Origin: Mariniblastus sp.
Lineage (GTDB): Bacteria > Planctomycetota > Planctomycetia > Pirellulales > Pirellulaceae
Assembly (NCBI GenBank): GCA_031409295.1
Contig: JANNWZ010000154.1
Span: forward strand, 19 to 64,018
Direction: 5' to 3'
Length of the DNA stretch: 64,000 bases
Shown: positions 37,328 through 48,015 of the stretch, in pieces
Layout of the letters: each line of letters starts with the position of its first letter
How positions within the stretch are numbered: position 1 is the first letter of the stretch
Made by a program: the position numbers and the translations under genes
The notes under the pieces: model-generated
The model's database searches: none
What the model was told of the DNA's origin: nothing
What the model saw: the letters and a program-made list of their open reading frames with translations, nothing else

Positions 37328-38338
37328 CTATCCAGCCTTGCGCCTGACCACGCCCCGTTCGTCGGAGGTCAGGTCCTGGAAAGTATTCACCGAACGAATC
37401 TCCTGCGACACAATAAACGCTGGTCGCCCTTTGACTTCATCGTAAATCCGGCCAATGTACTCCCCCAAAATCCCCAGCCCCACCAGCTGAAATCCTCCTA
37501 GACCAAATACCGCGCACGTTAACGTTGTGAATCCCATGGAAGCCGATTCCCAACCGATCAGCCGTTTGAAAATAAACCAAGTCATCATCGCGAAGGCCGC
37601 GCTGCAGATCAGCACGCCGCTGCCAGTCAACACCCTCAGCGGCTTCAGTGAGTATCCAAAGACCGCATCGAGGGCATAGCGCAACAGCCGCGAGAAAGTC
37701 TGTTTCGGTTGCCCACCGGCGCGGGGAGGACGTTGAAACGACAAATTCGATTGACGAAACCCCACCCAGGCGCGCAAGCCGGGGAAAAAACGGTGCGACT
37801 CCGGCAAACTGCCGATCGCCTCGACCGCGGTCCGGTTAAGCAAACAAAACGTGCCGGTGTTCGGCGGAATTTTGGAATCGGCCAAATATCGGAATAACCT
37901 ATGAAAGGCCTTGAACGCCAAGCCTCGAAAAAATGTTTCGTCGCGCGAGGTTCGTTGCGCGATTACGATCTCGTCACCCGCGCGCCAGCGATCGACCAAT
38001 TGCGGAATAAGTTCGGGCGGATCCTGCAAATCCCCGTCCATCAGAACCACAACGTCTCCACGGGAGGCCTGTAAGCCCGCCATGATTGCCGCCGGCTGTC
38101 CGAAGTTTCTCGACAATCGGATCAGCAGCATTGACCCGCGCGAATTGGTTGCTTTAACGGCATTGTCAACGAGCCAGTCCACCGTGTGGTCCGTGCTACC
38201 ATCATCAACATAAATAATACAGAAATCGAGTTTGGTTTGTTCGCAAGCCGACGTCACGCGTCGATGGAGCAATTCAATGATTTCCTGTTCATTGAACACA
38301 GGAATCACCACATCCATGCGAGGTCTCGACATGTTCAT
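37328..38338 (-). CDS. GT2 polyprenol-phosphate glycosyltransferase (GtrB/ArnC/DPM-like)
   Basis: VVIPVFNEQ, YVDDGSTD, LSRNFGQPAA, MDGDLQDPPE, two C-terminal TMs, LGEYIGRIYDEVKGRP. Confidence 0.92.
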   Translation of the reverse strand: MNMSRPRMDVVIPVFNEQEIIELLHRRVTSACEQTKLDFCIIYVDDGSTDHTVDWLVDNAVKATNSRGSMLLIRLSRNFGQPAAIMAGLQASRGDVVVLMDGDLQDPPELIPQLVDRWRAGDEIVIAQRTSRDETFFRGLAFKAFHRLFRYLADSKIPPNTGTFCLLNRTAVEAIGSLPESHRFFPGLRAWVGFRQSNLSFQRPPRAGGQPKQTFSRLLRYALDAVFGYSLKPLRVLTGSGVLICSAAFAMMTWFIFKRLIGWESASMGFTTLTCAVFGLGGFQLVGLGILGEYIGRIYDEVKGRPAFIVSQEIRSVNTFQDLTSDERGVVRRKAG

Positions 38339-38459
38339 TCCTTGAACTAGTGTTTCCTAAAACTGGCAACCTGCAACACCGGCGATCGCGTCGGTTGTCG
38401 TCAAAGATTAAAGAACAGCCAGCCAACCAACAATATCAGCGTTCTTTGCTAGCGGTTTT

Positions 38460-38903
38460 TTATCCTGAACGACGACTCCGAGAAGACTTTGGATTCCCGA
38501 CAGCGCCTTTGTCTCGCATCAAGTATCGAAGATTTGCCCAATCCGCAAACATCAATCGCTTGGCACCACAGCATTGGCATTGAAACGGCCCTACCAGTCG
38601 AATCAACCCAAACGTCAATCCGACGAGGTAACTATAATACCAGCGACTCGCGGACGCCAAAAAATGCCCCTCGTGGCGATGACAATGGAAGCAATGCATG
38701 CCTTTTCGTTTCCGGGCATGTCGAGCACCGATTTCTGACGCCAATTCGTCTTCGAAATCTTCGTCCAAATCACTGGCGGAATCGTCGGTCAATAGTTCAT
38801 CAAATTTCTTGTCGAATTCGGCGTTGGAAATTTCCATTGAGGGTGACAACTCAGGTGCCAACAAATTCTCTTCGCGACGAGGGGATGGAGATTCTTGGTT
38901 CAT
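38460..38903 (-). CDS. Hypothetical protein: acidic N-terminus + split zinc ribbon around a hydrophobic segment
   Basis: DDSASDLDEDFEDE; CFHC...YLVGLTFGLIRLVGPF...CQCC. Confidence 0.6.
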   Translation of the reverse strand: MNQESPSPRREENLLAPELSPSMEISNAEFDKKFDELLTDDSASDLDEDFEDELASEIGARHARKRKGMHCFHCHRHEGHFLASASRWYYSYLVGLTFGLIRLVGPFQCQCCGAKRLMFADWANLRYLMRDKGAVGNPKSSRSRRSG

Positions 38904-39381
38904 CTTAGAAGTTAAATGAGGTTTACAAAAAAGGAGGGAGCTTGCGAAAATTCCTTAACCCCCGTTATGCCATTAAAGCCATACCATTATAACTTTTTGA
39001 GCTCCTATCCGGGATCGCGAATTTGAACTATTTTGCGATTTTCTGACCCTTTTCGCTATACACCGCCCCACGAACCACTCGTGCCAAGGCTTTAGGTACG
39101 GTTGATCTATTCGCTTATTAACGGCAAACCGCAGGAGAAGTGCTCTCATCGTCGCGTACGACTTGGCGTTCAACACCACAGGTTCGAAACAGCAGCTCGT
39201 GGAGCATTGAAACGCACTAACGTGGTGGCTTTGCCTTGCCGGGGGCCGGCGATCGCCCGCGACAACGGGCATGAACCGCTGACGGAGCCAGCAAAACGGT
39301 GGGTTGCGAGGCAAAGTTTCGCAATCAGATGGTGGCGATCGGCGAGTCGTGTCAATTTCTTGTCGAATTTCAGGGCACGGC

Positions 39382-40662
39382 TCATCTCAAAACCCCATTC
39401 TTGAAAACTCCAACGCAAGGATTTCCTCCGACCGCATACATGATCTCGGCGGGAGTCTTTACGTCCCAAACGGCAAAATCAGCGTTCTTACCGACTTCGA
39501 TGGTTCCCCGACTACCCAGTAAACCAAGGGCCAGCGCAGCATTGCGGGTCACACCCGCCAACACTTGTTCGGGAGTCAATCCAAATAAGACACAGCCCAA
39601 GTTTGCCACCGTTAATAACGACAGAAACGGTGAACTGCCCGGATTCGAATCCGTGGCGATCGCCATCGGAATGTCGTTGTCAACCAAGGCTCGAATCGGT
39701 GGCGATTGAGTCTCTCGCAAAAAATAAAACGCGCCGGGCAAAAGAGTTGCTACGGTGCCATTTTGGGCTAACGATCGGCAATCGGCGTCGGTCAAGTATT
39801 CAATATGGTCGACCGACAGTGCACCGAGTTCAGCAGCCATCACTGCCGAACCCGTATGGCTCAATTGCTCCGCGTGAATTTTGATTTTCATTCCGTAGCG
39901 CACGGCAGTTTCCAAAACGCGGCGCGATTGACTCAAATTAAAAGCAATTGTCTCGCAGAACACATCGGCGGCCGAACACAATCCGCGTGCCGCCGGAATC
40001 ATCTCTTCACAGACCAAATCGACATAGGCATCGGCCCGGCCAGAGAATTCGCGAGGAATCGCATGGGCGGCCAGCAAAGTGGTTTCGATATCGATGGGTA
40101 ACGCCGAACTCAACCGTCGCGCGACTCGCAACATCTTGAGCTCAGTTTCCAAATCCAGACCGTAACCCGACTTGATTTCAATTGTTGTCAAACCTTCCTG
40201 TGCCAATCGATTCAGCCGCTTGACTGCCGAGGCATACAATTCTTCTTCGCTGGCGGATCGGGTGGCTTGCACAGTCGACAAAATACCGCCCCCGCCGGCC
40301 GCGATCGACTGATACGACTCACCGCCCAACCGGCGTTCCCATTCGTCGGCGCGATTCCCCCCGTAAACCAAATGGGTGTGACAATCGATGAGGCCCGGAG
40401 TTAGCAGTCTTCCATTTCCCGAGATTACATCGATTGCGAGATCTTGAGGTGATTGGTTACCCGGCGGCCGAATCCAGGTGATTTTTCCATCCGCGATGCC
40501 GATCCAATGATCGTCCAACATCCCATAGGGCACACCTAAATCATCGCGCATTGTGGCGATACGGTAATCAATCAAAACCTGTTGTGTCGTTGGCGGAATC
40601 ACTGAAATCAATATCCGATCGTGTTTGGCATTGGCGGCCGATTTGTCGCTGTACGAAGGCAA
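39382..40662 (-). CDS. hutI: Imidazolonepropionase
   Basis: TPGLIDCHTHLVYGG, IEIKSGYGL, DVFCETIAF, KIHAEQLS, DHIEY, LLPGAFYFL, ATDSNPGSSP. Confidence 0.95.
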   Translation of the reverse strand: MPSYSDKSAANAKHDRILISVIPPTTQQVLIDYRIATMRDDLGVPYGMLDDHWIGIADGKITWIRPPGNQSPQDLAIDVISGNGRLLTPGLIDCHTHLVYGGNRADEWERRLGGESYQSIAAGGGGILSTVQATRSASEEELYASAVKRLNRLAQEGLTTIEIKSGYGLDLETELKMLRVARRLSSALPIDIETTLLAAHAIPREFSGRADAYVDLVCEEMIPAARGLCSAADVFCETIAFNLSQSRRVLETAVRYGMKIKIHAEQLSHTGSAVMAAELGALSVDHIEYLTDADCRSLAQNGTVATLLPGAFYFLRETQSPPIRALVDNDIPMAIATDSNPGSSPFLSLLTVANLGCVLFGLTPEQVLAGVTRNAALALGLLGSRGTIEVGKNADFAVWDVKTPAEIMYAVGGNPCVGVFKNGVLR

Positions 40663-40734
40663 AGTAATCTACAATAATGCTAGTGTTGCGGTCAGCGTTT
40701 TCAAACCCCGTTCCTCCCTTTACGATTCATAAAC

Positions 40735-42417
40735 TTGATGTCCCAGCCCGACCGAACGAATATTAGAGCGCCTCGCGGTACTTCGATTACATGCAAAAAC
40801 TGGTTTTCCGAAGCAGCGTTGCGAATGCTGATGAATAACCTGGATCCGGACGTCGCCGAGAATCCGGCGGAACTGGTAGTCTACGGCGGTATTGGTCGCG
40901 CCGCTCGAAATTGGGATTGCTACGACAAAATTGTCCAATCGTTGCAACGACTCGAAGCGGACGAAACACTCTTGGTGCAATCGGGGAAACCGGTCGGGAT
41001 TTTTAAAACCCATGCCGATGCTCCGCGTGTGTTGATCGCCAACAGCAATTTGGTTCCTCATTGGGCGACCTGGGAGCATTTTCACGAACTCGATCGTGCG
41101 GGTCTGATGATGTATGGTCAGATGACGGCCGGATCTTGGATCTACATCGGCAGCCAAGGCATCGTTCAAGGGACCTACGAAACCTTTGTCGCCATGGGGA
41201 AAAAACATTTCGGCGGCGACTTAACCGGCAAATGGATTCTGACGGCTGGACTCGGTGGTATGGGAGGCGCCCAACCGCTCGCCGCCACGATGGCCGGAGC
41301 CTGTATGCTGGCCATTGAGTGCGATCCGACGCGCATCGACAAACGCATCGAGTCGGGTTACCTGGATCGAAGGACGGATTCGCTGGACGACGCCTTAAAG
41401 ATGATCGAATCCGCGGCAGCGGACGGACAAGCGGTTTCAATCGGCTTGTTGGGTAACGCCGCAGTGATCTTACCGGAATTATTGCGAAGGGGTGTTCGGC
41501 CCGATGCTGTGACTGACCAAACGTCAGCGCATGATCCCTTGAATGGATATTTGCCAATCGGATGGTCGTTAGAGCGAGCCGCTGCCGAAAGATTATCACA
41601 TCCAACTGAAGTTATCGCTGCCGCCAAAACATCGATGGGAACGCATGTTCGCGCGATGCTGGAATTTCATCGCCAGGGGATTCCGGTGTTTGATTACGGC
41701 AACAACTTGCGACAAATGGCTTTCGAAGTTGGCGTGACGGATGCGTTCGATTTTCCCGGCTTCGTACCGGCTTATGTCCGGCCATTATTTTGCGAGGGGA
41801 TCGGACCGTTTCGCTGGGCAGCCCTATCCGGAGATCCGGCTGACATTTGGGCGACTGATCGCAAAGTCAAACAGCTGATTCCCGACAATCAACACTTACA
41901 CAATTGGTTGGACATGGCAGCCGAAAAAATAAAATTTCAGGGACTGCCAGCCCGAATTTGTTGGATTGGATTGGGCGATCGACATCGTTTAGGTCTGGCG
42001 TTCAACGAAATGGTCCGCACCGGTGAGTTGTCAGCTCCGATCGTCATTGGCAGGGACCATCTGGATTCGGGTTCCGTCGCCAGCCCCAATCGCGAAACCG
42101 AATCAATGCTCGATGGTTCGGATGCCGTTTCGGATTGGCCATTGTTAAACGCATTGTTGAACACTGCCTCCGGAGCAACTTGGGTCAGTCTGCACCATGG
42201 CGGCGGTGTCGGCATGGGTTTTTCCCAACACGCCGGTGTAGTAATCGTCGCCGACGGTTCGAGTGCAGCCGATGCTCGTTTGGCACGCGTGCTGTTCAAC
42301 GACCCCGGCACCGGTGTCATGCGACATGCCGACGCGGGATACGAGACCGCAATTGCTTGTGCCAAAGAGAAAAAATTGGATTTGCCCTGTCTGGGAGACA
42401 AAGAAATTTTCGATTGA
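40735..42417 (+). CDS. hutU: Urocanate hydratase
   Basis: [68 protein letters not shown]. Confidence 0.97.
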   Translation: MMSQPDRTNIRAPRGTSITCKNWFSEAALRMLMNNLDPDVAENPAELVVYGGIGRAARNWDCYDKIVQSLQRLEADETLLVQSGKPVGIFKTHADAPRVLIANSNLVPHWATWEHFHELDRAGLMMYGQMTAGSWIYIGSQGIVQGTYETFVAMGKKHFGGDLTGKWILTAGLGGMGGAQPLAATMAGACMLAIECDPTRIDKRIESGYLDRRTDSLDDALKMIESAAADGQAVSIGLLGNAAVILPELLRRGVRPDAVTDQTSAHDPLNGYLPIGWSLERAAAERLSHPTEVIAAAKTSMGTHVRAMLEFHRQGIPVFDYGNNLRQMAFEVGVTDAFDFPGFVPAYVRPLFCEGIGPFRWAALSGDPADIWATDRKVKQLIPDNQHLHNWLDMAAEKIKFQGLPARICWIGLGDRHRLGLAFNEMVRTGELSAPIVIGRDHLDSGSVASPNRETESMLDGSDAVSDWPLLNALLNTASGATWVSLHHGGGVGMGFSQHAGVVIVADGSSAADARLARVLFNDPGTGVMRHADAGYETAIACAKEKKLDLPCLGDKEIFD

Positions 42418-42431
42418 GTACTCGATAGACG

Positions 42432-43673
42432 TTAGTTCGAATGAGCAGGCAACGTCAGTCGCTTGACCAGAATCGTGGCATACGAACCGCGGGGTAATTC
42501 AAACCTTAAAGCCAGTCGATGTTTGCCCGGATACAATTGGTCAGCATCGAATTCCGACTCCAAATGGGTCGGCTGCAACAAAATCGGTCGCTCCCCTTTG
42601 GGAAAAAAGTTTCCCCGCGGATAGGCCACGCGCAACTGTCGGATTTCCAGGCCGAATTCACGCACGACGTTTTCCGTTAACGTGCAAATGGGGCCTTCGG
42701 TCAAATTCTGCCGGGCCGAAGGAAGTGGCAGCAAAGTAGTCGAAAACTGCTCCAGCTGTTTCGCTGACAACCGGCGCAAAAATGGCACCGGGCCCATCTG
42801 TAACGGCACGTCGAACAATTCGCTCGATTGACAGGACTGACGCAAATAGGTCGCCAACATTCGATTCCAAAGGTGACTTTGAAAGGCAGCCAGATACAGC
42901 CCTCGCAGATCGGCCTTCATTCGCGCAACACCACCGCGGAAGTCAGTAACGGCAGGAACTACGTCGCCCTCTGTTGCGTTTGCTGAGGATTGTGACGGCG
43001 GGTTTGTTCCCTTGTTTCTTTTTCCCGCCAGAAACAGCACGAGGCTGTGACGATACGATCGCCGCAACAACCGCAAACAAACCGGCCAATTTCCCCAGTT
43101 CTTTTGCAGAATTCGTTTCTGGTCTCGTTCTCCGGGATCATCATCATCGTGTGGTTCGGCCAACGCCAACCAAAGCGCCCGTTCGTAATCTCCCAGGCAC
43201 CAGGGAACGGCAATAAACTCGCCTGATTGACCGACCGAGCCGAAGCGTTGATCATCAAAATAATTGGGTAGTCCTGTCACAGAGAGGCTTTCCAGAGCTC
43301 GATCCGCGAACTCGCATTCGGCATAGGAAAGATCTCGCATGACCAATTCAAACCGATTGCCACTGATATCGTGGGGCGTGAACGGAGTCGACGTTTGGCC
43401 CAGATATTCCAATTCCAACAACTCGCCACAAAAGTTTTCGCGTGGACCATTGTCGATCGTGAGATGTTGCAGCGTAATAGCGTGCCGGTCTTTCAAGCCG
43501 CCAAACGACAATGAATCGCGGCGCAATTGCCAATGCGAGACGATTTCGTCAACCGCTTCAAGCGTGCCCAGTGAGCGCTTCATTAAACGATACAAGGCGA
43601 AATTGCCGCTCAGCGGCTGGCGCGAGGTAAGCTCTTCCACTTGAAAATCGGCAGGCTGACATTTGAGTTTCAA
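42432..43673 (-). CDS. truD: tRNA pseudouridine(13) synthase TruD
   Basis: DFQVEE, FGGLKDRHAIT (catalytic Asp), GNRFELVMR, PNYFDDQRFG, FELPRGSYAT. Confidence 0.93.
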   Translation of the reverse strand: MKLKCQPADFQVEELTSRQPLSGNFALYRLMKRSLGTLEAVDEIVSHWQLRRDSLSFGGLKDRHAITLQHLTIDNGPRENFCGELLELEYLGQTSTPFTPHDISGNRFELVMRDLSYAECEFADRALESLSVTGLPNYFDDQRFGSVGQSGEFIAVPWCLGDYERALWLALAEPHDDDDPGERDQKRILQKNWGNWPVCLRLLRRSYRHSLVLFLAGKRNKGTNPPSQSSANATEGDVVPAVTDFRGGVARMKADLRGLYLAAFQSHLWNRMLATYLRQSCQSSELFDVPLQMGPVPFLRRLSAKQLEQFSTTLLPLPSARQNLTEGPICTLTENVVREFGLEIRQLRVAYPRGNFFPKGERPILLQPTHLESEFDADQLYPGKHRLALRFELPRGSYATILVKRLTLPAHSN

Positions 43674-43743
43674 AGAACCATCCGGTTAAAATTCTGAACC
43701 CTGGAGATTTTTGGCCTCGGCGCGGCGCAGCTAGGCAATGGAT

Positions 43744-45408
43744 CTACCACGCCGCACCATTTTTTCGCGAGCCGCAAATGCTGACATTCATACCAAGACG
43801 CTGGGCCATCGACGCCTTCACCCACATGGCTTCATCGGCCGTCTCCTCCGATTTGGTGTAGGCCACTTGGATGTGATTGCTTTTATGGCGTGCCATCATT
43901 TGATCGCGGGAAACCCCATAGGTCACGGCGTGCATGATCGGCCACTGCGGCGTTGTCGCAGCCAATCGACGTGCCGTTTCCGATGCGGGAAGTTTGACGA
44001 CTCCGGCGCGCCCGATGTCGAGATGCAAACGGTTATTCGCGACAAAGATCCTTGACCAAACGATTTCGCCGGGCTTGGAAATTCCCTGAATGGTCCCACC
44101 GCCGGACGGAAAATACATCGCGGGTTGCCGGAAACTCTTGGCCCCTTTCCAACCCCCGATCAAATGTTGTGGCGGCACGCTTCCGCTAATTAAAAACACC
44201 CAAACATACTCGTCGGTCGTTCCGGATTGATCCCAATCGCCCCAACGCAGGTCATGCAGAGTATTCTCCGGCGGTTGCCCCATCGCGCGATGAATTCGAT
44301 AGGTCATCAAACCATCGAGGCCAGCGCATTCGTCGACTTCATTGAAGTGAGGTAGCGGCTGTCCCCGATACAAAACTCGTTTTCCATCGCGACTGGTAAC
44401 CGGGGGACGATCAGAATTATTTAACGTACCTTCGACGAGATCGCTGGCTGGCATCAAATCTTTCAGACCTTGTTGGTACTGGATGCCAATCGCATCGCAG
44501 CCATAATCGTCAGCGATTCGCACCGCAGCGATATACATTTTGCATTGCCGCAAAATCTGTTGATCGGACAGCTGCGTCAGCGGGTCAGGGCCAACATCAA
44601 ACACCATCCCTTTTTTTTCCATCCATTGACGAACGGCGAGCGCTTCGTCGTCGGAAACTTGTTGCGATTCAAAATACAAAGCAGACTGACTCAAGCGCTC
44701 TTTGAAAACACCAGTCGGGTTGAGCAGGTGATCCGGGATGATGGCATTGAACATTCCCATACAGCCCTCATCAAACACGCCGATGATGGCCTTGTCGTGC
44801 AGCATTTGCTCGGCCAATGCGCTGCCCAAGTTCTGACAGTTGGCATTGATCGTTACCTTGGAAAGTGGCGTCACGTGTCGTGTGGCGTGCTTCAATTTTC
44901 CGGTCGTCAACCACTGATTCAGTTTCTTCCGAAAATCAGGAGCCGCGAAATCCTCGCCCCACAGGGTACTGTAGTCCACACCCGCTTTTGTTAAAGAGCC
45001 GTTCAAGTTCAACATCCCAACCAAACCGGGCCACTGCCCCGACCAATTTGCGACCGTCAATAGGGGGCCACGATGAGAAAGCAAACCTGCCAAAACATGA
45101 TGGCTGTATTGCCAAACGGCTTCCGCGACGATCAACGGGGCTTGGGGATCGATTTTGGAAAAAACTTCCATCCCTTGTTTTTGCGAACTGATAAACCCAT
45201 GTTGCTCCCCTTTTCTCGGTTGATGAGCACGCTTGAGTCGGAACCCACAACTGCTGATCGCTTGTTGAAGTGCAGATTCCATTTCCTGTTGAGCGGCCCA
45301 ACACACCTCGTTCGCAGAAATTCGCAAGTCGCCACTGGCGACCAAAAAAATGGTCTTGGCCGGCGCCGTTGCGGCGGGCACGGACTTGGGTCGGGCATAG
45401 GTTGACAT
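43744..45408 (-). CDS. L-fucose/L-arabinose isomerase-family protein, substrate unknown
   Basis: [55 protein letters not shown]. Confidence 0.75.
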   Translation of the reverse strand: MSTYARPKSVPAATAPAKTIFLVASGDLRISANEVCWAAQQEMESALQQAISSCGFRLKRAHQPRKGEQHGFISSQKQGMEVFSKIDPQAPLIVAEAVWQYSHHVLAGLLSHRGPLLTVANWSGQWPGLVGMLNLNGSLTKAGVDYSTLWGEDFAAPDFRKKLNQWLTTGKLKHATRHVTPLSKVTINANCQNLGSALAEQMLHDKAIIGVFDEGCMGMFNAIIPDHLLNPTGVFKERLSQSALYFESQQVSDDEALAVRQWMEKKGMVFDVGPDPLTQLSDQQILRQCKMYIAAVRIADDYGCDAIGIQYQQGLKDLMPASDLVEGTLNNSDRPPVTSRDGKRVLYRGQPLPHFNEVDECAGLDGLMTYRIHRAMGQPPENTLHDLRWGDWDQSGTTDEYVWVFLISGSVPPQHLIGGWKGAKSFRQPAMYFPSGGGTIQGISKPGEIVWSRIFVANNRLHLDIGRAGVVKLPASETARRLAATTPQWPIMHAVTYGVSRDQMMARHKSNHIQVAYTKSEETADEAMWVKASMAQRLGMNVSICGSRKNGAAW

Positions 45409-45464
45409 GGTGTTACCGTTCAAGTGGAAGTGGGTCGGGCGGTCTTCGATTCAACCAATGTCAA

Positions 45465-46400
45465 TCAGCGATTGGTTTGTGTCGAATAGGTGCTTTCGAA
45501 AATCTTATCGGCGTTCTGTGCCTCAAAACCATCTCGACGATGGTGACGCCGAATCTCTTCGGGCTTCAAATGCGCGAATTGCGGCAGGACCAAGCGTTCA
45601 GCAAACTCAACGTAGGAGCCCGAAATTCGATGGACGATCGTGCCACCTTGCCCATCTGAAAAAGTGGCATCGACCATGCCGGCGACCGTTGAGCCCTGGT
45701 TGAGTAAACCGTCGGGGCTTTTCTTGGCTTTCCCACCGGAATTATTCAAATTGAATCCACGGCTATCGAGATAGCGATTGAATGCGTCGATTGTATTGAA
45801 ATTGGCCGGCAGGTTATGGACGCTGATGGTAAAATGATTGAGATAGTAGCGATTGTAAATCACCCACGCGGCATATTCACTCTCTTCAGCCAAACGGAGG
45901 TAATCGGTCAGCGTCGGTGTTCGCCACAAGGGCGAATGTAAAAACTCGTCGACTGCCAAGCCGTTGTCGAGGTCCAATGAGTCAACCGGATCGGCAAGGA
46001 CTTCATTTGTATAGGAGTGGATAATTTTCTGGGCAGCCTGTGAAAGATCGCCGACTCGCAACTCACTGACAAAAATTCGGGGAAAATGCTCTTCCGGCGG
46101 TGCATACCAAAACGCATCCAGCTTTTTTTCTGCAAAGAAATAAGGATCTCTTCGTTGATATCCATAATGGAGAAATATCTTCTCGAATGATTTGATCCCC
46201 AATTGGGGAACTCCCATCGTACGAAACGCGATATGGTCGTTTTCGATGTCGTTGGCGGTCGCGATCAGCCCGTCTTGCACCATGCAACTAATGACGCGCG
46301 AAACATCGGGTACTCGTTCAGAATAGCGACGCATGAGTCCGCCGAGGACAACATTCAGAGCGTCATTTTTCGGAGTGGTGGTCAATTGGCCCTCTTTCAA
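45465..46400 (-). CDS. DUF1338 family protein (HglS-like 2-oxoadipate dioxygenase/decarboxylase family)
   Basis: NDHIAFRT, PRIFVSEL, ESEYAAW, NHFTISVH, SYVEFAER, DGFEAQNADKIFEST. Confidence 0.85.
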   Translation of the reverse strand: MKEGQLTTTPKNDALNVVLGGLMRRYSERVPDVSRVISCMVQDGLIATANDIENDHIAFRTMGVPQLGIKSFEKIFLHYGYQRRDPYFFAEKKLDAFWYAPPEEHFPRIFVSELRVGDLSQAAQKIIHSYTNEVLADPVDSLDLDNGLAVDEFLHSPLWRTPTLTDYLRLAEESEYAAWVIYNRYYLNHFTISVHNLPANFNTIDAFNRYLDSRGFNLNNSGGKAKKSPDGLLNQGSTVAGMVDATFSDGQGGTIVHRISGSYVEFAERLVLPQFAHLKPEEIRRHHRRDGFEAQNADKIFESTYSTQTNR

Positions 46401-46944
46401 GAGTTAAAAAACTCAAACAACGGTCTTAGATTTTTCGTAATTTTGCTTGGTACGTCTTTGGGGGCAAAATCAGGGGAATGTTATGATACCGCGAAATGCC
46501 AGCCCAGTTGAAGGGCCACGGAAACCCATTGCAACGGCAAAATTGTCTCGTTTTTGTTGGCGAAATTGTTTGTTCCTTGCAAATGAACCCGTCAATAGCG
46601 ATTGGATTTCGTTGTCGACCCACAATCATCGTTCACTCATGCCAATTTGACGAAATGAAAATGTCGAAATTGCGTAAAAATGAGTCATTGATTGCAACCA
46701 AAGATGACTTCTTCACATCGACCAACCCGCTGATCGCCGATGGTTGGCTGACTTGGCAGCGGGTCTAAAATTCAATTTGCTTCGAGATGTGGCCAACCAA
46801 CGCTTGCTTTGTGCCGGTTTTTTGTTTGAAATGCCCACTAGAGAAACGAATGCTCTATAAGGCAACCGCGACGACGAAATGAAACCAACTCAGAGCGAGT
46901 TGCTTGTCGATGACAGGACGAATCCTACATTCAGGTAACATGAT

Positions 46945-48015
46945 TCAGGTGACATGACGTGCATGGCCGTGCTTGCTATTTCGGCCGATCGGATTTCTGG
47001 TTTCCGAATTTTCCAATTCCAAAACCAGTTGACCTTCATGAAAAACAGAAACCGTCCCGGAAGAGGAGGACACGACGACCGCAATCGCGGAGGTCACCTC
47101 GGTGATCGAGCGGGCCGCCGCGTGTCTGGCCCCAAGTCCGGGCGTGAAAGTATCCCGGTTCGAGGTGGCGTTGAGGTAGGTGCCAGCCGAACAAACCAGG
47201 CCATCGGTGCCTACAACAAATGCCCCATCCAAGACGGCGAACTCGCGAATCGTCTCAAATAGCTCGGGACTATGGATATTACGCACGTTCGCGGGATGAC
47301 CGGCGACAGGATTTAGTACCAATTGGCGCACGTGAGGCTTAAGTTCGACGGCGTTGCCCAGCACGAAACAGGTTCCCAGTGGTTTTCCCTCGCGGCCTTC
47401 GTTGGCTAGCCGTAACGCGACGCCGAGAATGCTGACAAACTCCCGAGTCGCGATCAACCGCCGCAGATCATCCAATGTATGTTTGCGAAACCAGGGAAAA
47501 TCGCGACGGGGATTGGCTACAAACAACGTATCCATCGTGCCGGAATGAGCGATCCCCGACAGGCAGACCACATTTTCGTCCATGTCGACAATGCCGTTGA
47601 GAACGGCCAAGAGCATACCGACCTTGAGTTGGTTTTCGCGCGTATAAGTTGCTTGGGGTAGCTCCAAAATATGATCCCGGAACCGAACGTTGACATCGCA
47701 CACACGGGGCGAACGCATCAGCCACACGACGTCTTGAGTGTCTCGGACGAACTCGAATCGCTGGGCGTTTTGAATTTCACTCGCCTGGACCATCACTTTG
47801 TTAACGCCCAGTGAGCGAGCCAGCTGAAACGCACTCTTAGATAGCATCAACGACGCACTGTCATCGGACAAATGTAATTCTTGTAGCGCTTTATCCGGTT
47901 GCGATTTATCCTGAACCGGCGGCACCGATGCTATCAGTCCACCGATTACTACCTCAGGTATTATTTGATTCGACATTTTCAGTTGATTTCCAAGCCGATG
48001 GACTTTTGCCAGCAA
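46945..48015 (-). CDS. Diadenylate cyclase (DisA_N/DAC domain), DacZ-like architecture
   Basis: EGREGKPLGTCFVLG, LVLNP, EFAVLDGAFVV (DGA), GLGARHAAA (RHR-like), AVVVSSSSGTVSVF. The start may be at 47976. Confidence 0.88.
   Translation of the reverse strand: MLAKVHRLGNQLKMSNQIIPEVVIGGLIASVPPVQDKSQPDKALQELHLSDDSASLMLSKSAFQLARSLGVNKVMVQASEIQNAQRFEFVRDTQDVVWLMRSPRVCDVNVRFRDHILELPQATYTRENQLKVGMLLAVLNGIVDMDENVVCLSGIAHSGTMDTLFVANPRRDFPWFRKHTLDDLRRLIATREFVSILGVALRLANEGREGKPLGTCFVLGNAVELKPHVRQLVLNPVAGHPANVRNIHSPELFETIREFAVLDGAFVVGTDGLVCSAGTYLNATSNRDTFTPGLGARHAAARSITEVTSAIAVVVSSSSGTVSVFHEGQLVLELENSETRNPIGRNSKHGHARHVT

Noticed and set aside
39130-39210. GGTTCGAA suggesting a tRNA T-loop
   Set aside because: No cloverleaf, D-arm or acceptor stem could be built around it.
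38904-39381. Unannotated 480-bp gap with short ORFs (e.g. 39170-39469)
   Set aside because: No motif or convincing start/RBS, and the ORFs overlap hutI.
46500-46560. Resemblance to a c-di-GMP-I riboswitch (cacggaaaccc...gcaaaa)
   Set aside because: It lacks the GAAA tetraloop P2 stem and the receptor helix, and the orientation does not match the downstream gene.
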